A DNA stretch of 59,266 nt from Patescibacteria group bacterium (GTDB taxonomy: Bacteria; Patescibacteriota; JABMPQ01), in the NCBI GenBank assembly GCA_018818965.1, contig JAHJQX010000020.1, positions 1 to 59,266 on the forward strand, written 5' to 3'. Below the pieces are notes generated by a model. It ran no database searches, had not been told where the DNA came from, and worked only from the letters and a program-made list of their open reading frames with translations. The position numbers and the translations under genes were made by a program. Shown one piece after another: positions 9,683-16,950 of this stretch (its first letter is position 1; every line of letters starts with the position of its first letter).

Positions 9683-9711
9683 TTGATTTATGTTTAAGTT
9701 TATGGTAGTAT
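9683..9711 (+). promoter_or_regulatory. sigma70-like promoter candidate for the fibre operon
   Basis: TTGATT-N17-TAGTAT. It would give a ~110-nt 5' UTR ending in an A-rich tract before the ATG at 9831. Confidence 0.4.
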
Positions 9712-9830
9712 TAAGCAAAGAGATCAAAGCACGAATATCAGCGGATAGTCGCAGTCGGGCGCGGTAGAGGAATTGGCTCAAAGTTGCCAAATACTCCTCA
9801 AAAAAAACAAAAACCAAAATAAAAAACAAG

Positions 9831-12563
9831 ATGACCGAAGTATTTATCGTAAAAAGGATAGCTTTTGTTGGTAGTTTAGCTGTTCTTTTATTTTTGATCG
9901 CATCGGGAAACTCACAGGCTGCTAATGGTTCAGATATTCAACCGGCGGATGATCTTATTTATTACGAAAGACTACGAGTCAACAGCTCTATCCATGTCGC
10001 TGACTCTAGTTATTATCCCCGCGGCGTTCATCTCGGTAGTATCGATGGTACGGGCGGGGTGATATTCACCAACGGTTCAATTATTAATGCTTCCGATGGT
10101 AGTGTACCAGTTACTTTTGGCGATGATGTGCGGATCGATGGTCGCATCTGGCGTGGCCCGAGTGCGGGTCCAGGTGATAGTTTCCCGGTCAAGATTTATG
10201 ATGATTTGCGGGTAGATGGTCAAATTTGGGCCGGACGCAGTAGGGGCAACACTGCCGATGGTCAATCGATAGTGATAGCTGATACAGTGCGCCCCGCTTT
10301 GGATAATATTAATGACTTTGGTTCTCCAGGTTTCCGGATGCGCGATGGCTTTTTTTCCGGCTCAGTTAATATGAGTAATTTAGGGGGAGCAAATGTTGTT
10401 CATGAAGATAATCTTAGTACAACTAATGATCCCCAAGCCGGGTACGTATTAGCTTATGATAGCGATAATAGATTCCAGTGGGTGCGAGCTTCAACCAGCA
10501 GCTCTGGTACATTGTCAGATAATGATTGGACCGGAGCGGGTAGTGGAAAGATGTATGCCACTTCTGAAGATGACTATGTCGGAATCGGACTTACCGATAC
10601 CAATAATATTACTGCTAGATTACATGTAGTTGATAATACTAATACAAATTCCACTGTATATGGAGAAGCGAATGGGATTGGTAGTGCTGCTTTGTACGGT
10701 TTAGCAACCGCACCAGGTAGTACAGCAGTTTATGGTTCTGGGGATGCCTATGGTGGAGATTTTAGTGGTACCGAAGCCAATGGAGTAGGTGTTAGTGGCG
10801 AAGCCAATGGTGTGTCTGGAATTGGTGTAGAGGGTAAAGCTGCTCATATTTCCGGCACTGGCGTTAAGGGCGAGGCGTCTGCTACGGACAGTGGTACTAA
10901 TTATGGTGGTGATTTCTCCGCAGCCGGTACAACTGGAGTAGCTGTTAGAGGACAAGCTACTTCTACTAGCTCAGATACTAGCTATGGCGGGTATTTCTCC
11001 GCTGCTGGTTCTGCTGGGATGGGAGTGCGTGGTGAAGTTAGTGATACGAGTCTGTTAGCAGCCTCATATGGCGGATATTTCTCTTCGGCTACTGGGTTGG
11101 GTAGAGGTGTTTATGGCTATGCAAGCAATACTCTTGGTATAAATTTCGGTGGATATTTTAAATCTGATAGTGTTCTAGGCAGTGGTGTCTATGGTACCAG
11201 TCCATATTTTGGCGTGAACGCTTACGCCACCCCGGCTGCTGGGGCAACAACTAGTGCGGCCGTGGTTGGCCAAAATTATGATAGCACTACGGCCATTAGT
11301 CTACCTATACCAGTCGGTAATTATGGGGCCTTCCTTGAAACTACACATGATACTGGTACTGGAGTTTACGGTCATGCAGCAGATACTGACGGTGTCAATT
11401 ACGGTGGTACTTTTATTAGTGAGAGTAGCAATGGTTATGGCCTTTTCGCTAGCGGCGGTACTAGAGGCGGCTCTTTTATAGCCAGTGCGGGGGTAGGTGT
11501 TAGCTCTCTTGGCACAACTCATGGCGGTTCTTTTATAGGTTCTGCTGGTCCAGGGGTTTATGCTCTGGGTGCTACCAATGGGATTGAAGCAACCGCTGCC
11601 GCTGGTGCCGGGGTATCTGCCACTGGTACTGCTTATGGCGTTGAGGCAACAGCTAGTGCGGGGGCAGGAGTAAAGGGGACTGGTACTACTTATGGCGGCG
11701 ATTTTTTAGCTAGTAGTGGTACAGGCGTAAGGGGTATAGCGACTACCGGGACTGGAGTCAGTGGAACAGGTGATACAGGTGGTGGTAGTTTTACTGCTAG
11801 TAGCGGTACTGGTGTTTATAGTAGAGGCACCACTTATGGAGCATATCTTACTACTATTACAGCGGGAGGAATTGGCGTAGAGGGGTATGCTGGTACTACG
11901 GGGTCATCAGCTAACTATGGAGTGTTAGGTCAGACCATAGATAGTGGCGCCGGTACAACTGTTTGGGGTGATTCACTTTCTGGCGGTAGATTTTATACTA
12001 ATTACGCTTCGGGTATCGGAGTTGAGAGCTATACTGATGGTGATGATAGCTCAGCTGTTTATGGATATACTAGTGGAGGTGGCACAAGCTACAGCGGAGA
12101 GTTTAGTGGAGCTAATTTTAAGGTTTCTTTAGGCCCTTCCTCAAACAATTTTACTGTTGAGAATTTGCCCATTGCTGGCAATACTACTGATGTTCAAACT
12201 GATGGAAATGGCAATTTTATTGAAGTTGGCTCTTCCCGTAGATATAAATATGATATTCAAGATTTGGTCGTTGATAAAGACGCTGTTCTAGATTTGCGGC
12301 CGGTAAATTATAAATATAAAAGAACTGACGAGAGAGATATTGGGCTAATTGCTGAGGAGGTGTATGAAGTTTTGCCAGAGCTTGTTGTGCTGGATAAGGA
12401 AGAAAAACCGAAATCAGTAAAATACGATCGTGTTCCAGTGTATCTTCTCGAACTAGCCAAAGAGCAACAAGCAACAATCGAAAGCCAGGAAACTCGCATC
12501 CAGCAATTGGAAGATACTATTTGTAAATACCTACCACAAGAAGAAATGTGCTCGAGTGACTAA
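9831..12563 (+). CDS. secreted glycine-repeat fibre protein with a C-terminal tail-fibre S74 intramolecular-chaperone domain (paralogue 1)
   Basis: 910 aa. It has a signal peptide (IAFVGSLAVLLFLIASGNSQA), a conserved ~230-aa N-module (GDDVRIDGRIW, YDDLRVDGQIW), a VGIGLTD...ARLHV tail-fibre-like neck, ~490 aa of G/S/T/A/Y repeats (YGG(Y/D)F...G.GV.G), and a C-terminal SSRRYKYDI...DLRPVNYKYK......IGLIAEEV.EVLPELV......V.YDRV.VYLLE.AKEQ. Confidence 0.85.
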   Translation: MTEVFIVKRIAFVGSLAVLLFLIASGNSQAANGSDIQPADDLIYYERLRVNSSIHVADSSYYPRGVHLGSIDGTGGVIFTNGSIINASDGSVPVTFGDDVRIDGRIWRGPSAGPGDSFPVKIYDDLRVDGQIWAGRSRGNTADGQSIVIADTVRPALDNINDFGSPGFRMRDGFFSGSVNMSNLGGANVVHEDNLSTTNDPQAGYVLAYDSDNRFQWVRASTSSSGTLSDNDWTGAGSGKMYATSEDDYVGIGLTDTNNITARLHVVDNTNTNSTVYGEANGIGSAALYGLATAPGSTAVYGSGDAYGGDFSGTEANGVGVSGEANGVSGIGVEGKAAHISGTGVKGEASATDSGTNYGGDFSAAGTTGVAVRGQATSTSSDTSYGGYFSAAGSAGMGVRGEVSDTSLLAASYGGYFSSATGLGRGVYGYASNTLGINFGGYFKSDSVLGSGVYGTSPYFGVNAYATPAAGATTSAAVVGQNYDSTTAISLPIPVGNYGAFLETTHDTGTGVYGHAADTDGVNYGGTFISESSNGYGLFASGGTRGGSFIASAGVGVSSLGTTHGGSFIGSAGPGVYALGATNGIEATAAAGAGVSATGTAYGVEATASAGAGVKGTGTTYGGDFLASSGTGVRGIATTGTGVSGTGDTGGGSFTASSGTGVYSRGTTYGAYLTTITAGGIGVEGYAGTTGSSANYGVLGQTIDSGAGTTVWGDSLSGGRFYTNYASGIGVESYTDGDDSSAVYGYTSGGGTSYSGEFSGANFKVSLGPSSNNFTVENLPIAGNTTDVQTDGNGNFIEVGSSRRYKYDIQDLVVDKDAVLDLRPVNYKYKRTDERDIGLIAEEVYEVLPELVVLDKEEKPKSVKYDRVPVYLLELAKEQQATIESQETRIQQLEDTICKYLPQEEMCSSD
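10641..12111 (+). repeat. in-frame glycine-rich repeat array (~27-aa YGGxF units, then ~19-aa G.GV units); coordinates approximate
   Basis: Reading the protein gives units such as NYGGDFSAAGTTGVAVRGQATSTSSDTS / YGGYFSAAGSAGMGVRGEVSDTS.. / YGGYFSSATGLGRGVYGYASNTLGIN. Later units are TTHGGSFIGSAGPGVYALG / TAYGVEATASAGAGVKGTG / TTYGGDFLASSGTGVRGIA. Confidence 0.5.
12231..12560 (+). other. Peptidase_S74-like intramolecular chaperone (autoprocessing) domain plus a C-terminal coiled coil and Cys loop, paralogue 1
   Basis: SSRRYK (a Ser-x4-Lys dyad pattern) begins at 12231. GLIAEEVYEVLPELV and VYLLELAKEQQATIESQE match the endosialidase-chaperone pattern. The protein ends in CKYLPQEEMC. Confidence 0.7.
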
Positions 12564-12631
12564 TCTTTAATTTTCTCTGGTTTAGTGTTAAAATAGTTAA
12601 CAAGCAACAGTAATATGGGAGTAGTTTACTA

Positions 12632-15385
12632 ATGAAAATGAAAACTACAATGTTGCCGGCGATAATCACAATTAAAAGAATAGCTTTCAGTTTGGGAGTG
12701 GCTGTTTTGACGTGCCTGACTGTTACTAATCTGGCTCAAGCCTCAGACGCCTCTGACATTCAACCCGCCTCCGATGTGGTTTATGGTGAAAGACTGCGAG
12801 TCAACAGCTCCGTTAGTGTGGCTGACTCGAGTTATTATTATCGTGGCATTCATTTAGGTAGTACAGACGGCACTGGTGGCGTGATATTTGCTAATGGTTC
12901 AATTATTAATGTTTCTGGTGGTAGTACTCCAGTTACTTTTGGTGATGATTTGCGGATTGACGGTCGTATTTGGCGCGGACCAACGGCTGGTCCGGGTGAT
13001 AATTTCCCGGTCAAGATTTATGATGATCTACGCGTAGATGGCCAAATATGGGGAGGACGGAGTAAGGGAAATACTGCTGATGGCCAATCTATAGTGCTAG
13101 CTGATACTGTGCGTCCAGCTTTGGATAATATTAATGACTTTGGTGCTCCAACTTTCCGGATGCGAGATGGCTTCTTCTCTGGCACGGTCAATGTGGGAAA
13201 TTTAGGGGGGGCTGGCGTTGTTCACGAAGATAATTTAAGTGCAACCAATGATCCGCAGGCCGGATATGTGTTGGCATACAATAGCAATAACCAATTTCAG
13301 TGGGTTGCTGGTTCGGGCGTTGGTGGTTCAGATACTGACTGGACGGGAGCGGGCACGGGCACAATGTATGCTACTACTACTAGTGATAATGTAGGGATTG
13401 GTTTAAGCACTGGCTTGAATGCCAAGCTTCATGTTTATGATGCCAGCAATACAGTTGTAGAAGGACAAAGTGTTTCAGCAGCCGGAGTAGTAGGGAGAAG
13501 TTCTACTGGCGATGGGGTAAAAGGTCACAGTACTTCTAGTGAAGGTGGTTGGTTTGAGACGGCCAGTGGCACCCGTGCTGTCTATGGCCAAGCGACTGAC
13601 ACTGGTAGTGGTGTTCACTATGGTGGTTATTTTACCGCTGGCAAGAATAGCGGCATTGGGGTTCTCGGATCATCTACTGGTTCTGACGGAGCCGGTGTTT
13701 ATGGTAGTTCCACCGGAACGGGCAGTAGCGCCACCGGTGTTTCGGGAATGGCGGCTTCCTATGGAGGTGATTTTGCAGCTACCGGGACAAGTGGACTTGG
13801 AGTGAGGGGACAGGCAGTTGGTACTAGTGGTGTTGGGATACAGGGCATTGGTGGATATTATGGCGGTCAGTTTTCTAATAGTGGCACTGGTGGTGGAGTG
13901 GGTATGCAAGCGGCTGTAACTAGCGGTTCAACTTTTTCTTCGGCGGTTCTGGGGATTAATAATTCAACTGGTTTGATTTTACATCCTACCGGTCATTATG
14001 GTGGATATTTTAGTAATTCTATTGCTTCTGGCTATGGGGTTTATGCGACTGCTTCAGGTTCTAGTGGCATCGGAGTTTATGGCTCATCTAGCCATACAGG
14101 AGTAACGGGCACCGTTTCATCAACGGGTCAGGCGACTGGCTATGGCGTGTCTGGTACCTTGACTGATACCAGCTTGCCAGCTGTGGTTTATGCTGGGCTA
14201 TATGGGGGATTGTTTACCACCAATTATGCTTCTGCTACAGCATTATCCGGATCTGCTAGTAATTCTACTAGTACTGGTGTCTATGGCTACGGCGGATTAT
14301 ATGGTGGTGATTTTTATGCTGCGAATAATAATGGGGCGGGAGTAAGGAGTAGGGTTATAACTGGTTCGGGCGCTGCTTCAGCAGCGGTGTTTGGGTTAAA
14401 TAATACAACTGGCACAGTTCCGGCATATACTGGGCATTATGGAGGATATTTCCAATTAGAAAGTAGTGCCGGCTTTGGTGTTTATGCTAAGACGGATGCT
14501 GCTAATAGTACAGCTGTCCATGCTTACAATTCTTCCACCGGAGTTAATGCCACTGGCGGATATTTTGAAACGGAAAGCGATACCAGTTACGCTGTTTATG
14601 GTTTAGCTGATGGTGGTGGGACGGGGACAAATTATGGTGGATATTTTAAGGCTGATGCATCTTCCGGTACTGCTGTTTATGGCACTACTTCTGGAACTTC
14701 GGGAACGGGCGTTGATGGTATTGCCTCTGGATCTTCAGGGACAGGTGTTGCTGGAACTGGATATAAATATGGCGGATATTTTATTGCACAAGATACTTCA
14801 AATGGCTACAGCGGGGTTTTTTCAGGTGGTAATTTTTCTGTTGGATTGTCCACCACTTCTAATAAGTTTAGGATTACTGCGGGTCCTACATACACCGGCA
14901 TAGGTCTTGCGTCGGGCTCTTATCATGATGTTCAAATTTTAGCCGATGGTACTTTAGCTGATGGCGGCGCTTCTTCAATCCGCCTTAAAGATAATGTTGA
15001 AAATTTAACTTTTGATACTGCAAGTGTTCTCGATCTGCAACCTGTTAGCTTTACTTACAAAGAGAGTGGTGAGGCTGGTGTTGGTTTAATCGCTGAAGAT
15101 GTTGAGCAAATTATGCCCGAGTTAGTTACTTATGACGAAGAAGGTAGGGTTGATGGAGTAAGATATAGAAACATACCGCTGTATCTATTGCAAATAACCA
15201 AGGATCAGCAAACTAAAATAGAGGTTCAAGAAAGCAAAACAATTACGCAAGAAAACAAAAACACTGCCCAAGACAAAACCATCGAAGAACAAAAAAATAA
15301 AATCACCGAACTAGAAAATGAAGTCAGTAGTCTTAAATCAGCTTTTTGCCGGTATTTACCCCACGAAGATATTTGCCAGGAATAA
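12632..15385 (+). CDS. secreted glycine-repeat fibre protein with a C-terminal tail-fibre S74 intramolecular-chaperone domain (paralogue 2)
   Basis: 917 aa with the same architecture as 9831..12563. The N-module looks roughly 80% identical at DNA level by eye (e.g. 12940-13150 vs 10110-10320). The central repeats are diverged. The C-terminus is SSIRLKDNVENL...LQPVSFTYK...GVGLIAEDVEQIMPELV...VRYRNIPLYLLQITKDQ. Confidence 0.85.
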   Translation: MKMKTTMLPAIITIKRIAFSLGVAVLTCLTVTNLAQASDASDIQPASDVVYGERLRVNSSVSVADSSYYYRGIHLGSTDGTGGVIFANGSIINVSGGSTPVTFGDDLRIDGRIWRGPTAGPGDNFPVKIYDDLRVDGQIWGGRSKGNTADGQSIVLADTVRPALDNINDFGAPTFRMRDGFFSGTVNVGNLGGAGVVHEDNLSATNDPQAGYVLAYNSNNQFQWVAGSGVGGSDTDWTGAGTGTMYATTTSDNVGIGLSTGLNAKLHVYDASNTVVEGQSVSAAGVVGRSSTGDGVKGHSTSSEGGWFETASGTRAVYGQATDTGSGVHYGGYFTAGKNSGIGVLGSSTGSDGAGVYGSSTGTGSSATGVSGMAASYGGDFAATGTSGLGVRGQAVGTSGVGIQGIGGYYGGQFSNSGTGGGVGMQAAVTSGSTFSSAVLGINNSTGLILHPTGHYGGYFSNSIASGYGVYATASGSSGIGVYGSSSHTGVTGTVSSTGQATGYGVSGTLTDTSLPAVVYAGLYGGLFTTNYASATALSGSASNSTSTGVYGYGGLYGGDFYAANNNGAGVRSRVITGSGAASAAVFGLNNTTGTVPAYTGHYGGYFQLESSAGFGVYAKTDAANSTAVHAYNSSTGVNATGGYFETESDTSYAVYGLADGGGTGTNYGGYFKADASSGTAVYGTTSGTSGTGVDGIASGSSGTGVAGTGYKYGGYFIAQDTSNGYSGVFSGGNFSVGLSTTSNKFRITAGPTYTGIGLASGSYHDVQILADGTLADGGASSIRLKDNVENLTFDTASVLDLQPVSFTYKESGEAGVGLIAEDVEQIMPELVTYDEEGRVDGVRYRNIPLYLLQITKDQQTKIEVQESKTITQENKNTAQDKTIEEQKNKITELENEVSSLKSAFCRYLPHEDICQE
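13457..14867 (+). repeat. in-frame glycine-rich repeat array of paralogue 2; coordinates approximate
   Basis: Recurrent units include HYGGYF...G.GV.GSS, SYGGDFAATGTSGLGVRGQA, YYGGQFSNSGTGGGVGMQA, HYGGYFSNSIASGYGVYATA, LYGGDFYAANNNGAGVRSR, NYGGYFKADASSGTAVYGT. Confidence 0.5.
14972..15382 (+). other. Peptidase_S74-like intramolecular chaperone domain plus an extended coiled coil and Cys loop, paralogue 2
   Basis: SSIRLK begins at 14972. A 137-aa C-terminal module ends in a Q/E/K-rich heptad-like stretch and CRYLPHEDIC. Confidence 0.7.
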
Positions 15386-15426
15386 TCTCTTATCAATTCA
15401 TTATTGGAAAATATTAACCTAGCAAA

Positions 15427-16845
15427 ATGCAAAACCAAAACCAAAATCAAAACGTGAATCAACCACTAGCTCCAGGAACTGGTCTCACTAGCGCCGTTAT
15501 GGGACAACCGCCACGACCGCCAGCCTCTAGTCCTCCCCAGCAACCGCCTCAGCCTCAACCGCAGCCACAGGCGGCCAAGCCCAGTCCTCCTCAACCAGCC
15601 AAGGTAAAACCCTCTAAGCGTAAAGAAGGCAAAGGAAGCAAGATAATAATGCTAGCCATGATTGTTTTGCTTGTCGGTGTAGCTGCCGCCAGCGTTTATT
15701 TCTTTCTGGGGCTATCTAACAAAGACAGCAAACTAGAAGGCAAGATCAACGAGAATCAGAGTGCTGTCACTGATCATAAAGACAAGATAGACAAATTACA
15801 GACCACAGCCTCCGAGGTTGATACTCTCAAGCAAAAAGTAAGTACAATCGAAGAGAAATCAGCTGGATACGCGGAGAGTAGTGAATTAGAAGCTATTATT
15901 GATTATTTAAAAACAGAAGACAGTGATAGCGATGGCTTGTCTGATTATGAAGAGGTGACAGTATATAAATCTAGTCGTTACAAAAAGGATACTGATGGTG
16001 ATGGCCATGATGATAAGAGTGAAGTTGACAAAGGCTATAATCCTAACGGTCCCGGTAAATTAAGCGATGCTGACAGTTCGGCAGCTGATTCCACCACTAT
16101 AAATGGTGAGTGGGCAGGATCTTTGTCTTCAACTTCAGCCGAAGCGAAAGATTTTAGTATCGAAGTGGATGAAAATGGCAAGGTCAGTGGTAGTTTCGGC
16201 TTTACCAATAAAGATGACGGGAAAATCCTCAGCAGTCGAGTAACAGGGACATATACCTACAAAGATAACAAACTTGATGCTATCTTAATTAATTATCTGA
16301 CGATCAAGGACGAAGATACCACTGGCAGTGATAGCACCACTGATTCAGCCGATGAAGTGCAATACAAAATGGAGCTAACTGGTTCTCTTTCGAAGGAGAC
16401 CAAGGAAATTGTCGGTAGCTGGAAGATTACAGGCGACGCGCCAGCTAATTGGCCAGCGGGTCCGAGCGGTTCGTTCAAAGTAACCAAAAAAACCACCGAG
16501 AAGAACGAAAAACTGGAAGACAGCACAAGCGACAGCACTTCTACTGATGACTCTACGGCGGTGACTAAAAAAATATCAGTCAAGGCCTTCAGTTATGGCT
16601 TTTTGCCCACCGCAATTACTTTGACTGAGGGTGAGAAGGTGAAATTTGAAGTAACCAGTCTTGATGTTGACCACACTTTCACTGTCGATGAGCTCGGCAT
16701 AAACGTTCAAGTGAAAGGTGGCCAGACTTCCACTTTGGAATTCACCCCGAGTAAGACCGGAACCTATGATTATTATAGTTCGATTTCCGGCCAGAAAGAT
16801 TCGGGGATGAAGGGGACGATAACGGTGGAGGAGAAGAGTAGTTAA
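15427..16845 (+). CDS. single-pass membrane protein with a Q/N/P-rich N-terminus, coiled coil, thrombospondin-type-3-like Ca-binding repeats and a degenerate C-terminal cupredoxin-like domain
   Basis: The N-terminus is MQNQNQNQN..PPQQPPQPQPQPQ. The TM helix is IIMLAMIVLLVGVAAASVYFFLG. The Ca-binding-like repeats are DSDSDGLSDYEE...DTDGDGHDDKSE. The C-terminal FSYGF.P..ITL.EGEKVKFEVTS.DVDHTF.V.ELG......GGQTS.LEFTPSKTGTYDYYSSISGQKDSGMKGTITV resembles a cupredoxin with Cys->Ser and His->Gln at the copper ligands. Confidence 0.8.
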   Translation: MQNQNQNQNVNQPLAPGTGLTSAVMGQPPRPPASSPPQQPPQPQPQPQAAKPSPPQPAKVKPSKRKEGKGSKIIMLAMIVLLVGVAAASVYFFLGLSNKDSKLEGKINENQSAVTDHKDKIDKLQTTASEVDTLKQKVSTIEEKSAGYAESSELEAIIDYLKTEDSDSDGLSDYEEVTVYKSSRYKKDTDGDGHDDKSEVDKGYNPNGPGKLSDADSSAADSTTINGEWAGSLSSTSAEAKDFSIEVDENGKVSGSFGFTNKDDGKILSSRVTGTYTYKDNKLDAILINYLTIKDEDTTGSDSTTDSADEVQYKMELTGSLSKETKEIVGSWKITGDAPANWPAGPSGSFKVTKKTTEKNEKLEDSTSDSTSTDDSTAVTKKISVKAFSYGFLPTAITLTEGEKVKFEVTSLDVDHTFTVDELGINVQVKGGQTSTLEFTPSKTGTYDYYSSISGQKDSGMKGTITVEEKSS

Positions 16846-16871
16846 AGTTTCATTGCCAGTTTTGATAAAAA

Positions 16872-16899
16872 AGAGCTGCCGGATTGGCAGTTCTTTTTT
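16872..16899. terminator. bidirectional intrinsic terminator between the fibre operon and thrS
   Basis: The 9-bp stem AGAGCTGCC/GGCAGTTCT (one G:U pair) has the loop GGATT. It is flanked by AAAAAA upstream and TTTTTT downstream, between convergent genes. Confidence 0.7.
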
Positions 16900-16950
16900 G
16901 ATTTGTGTGGTCGCTTTCGAGGTATATCCTAAAGCGATCATGACAAAAAA

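Noticed and set aside
9635-9829. A 64-aa minus-strand ORF lies in the hppA/fibre intergenic region.
   Set aside because: It overlaps the hppA terminator hairpin and the candidate fibre promoter. It has no RBS and an implausible sequence, so the region is better explained as a regulatory or 5' UTR region.
10641-14867. Periodic DNA repeats that might be a CRISPR array or a tandem satellite.
   Set aside because: The periodicity is at the protein level (degenerate Gly-rich units of 19-28 aa) inside intact long ORFs. There are no identical direct repeats with unique spacers and no cas genes.
9831-15385. Reading the S74 tail-fibre-like genes (plus the baseplate-J-like gene at 18708) as a prophage or tailocin.
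   Set aside because: There is no terminase, portal, capsid, tail tube/sheath, tape measure, lysis or integrase gene. The flanks are hppA, thrS and dnaE. The fibres have Sec-type signal peptides, which phage tail fibres lack.
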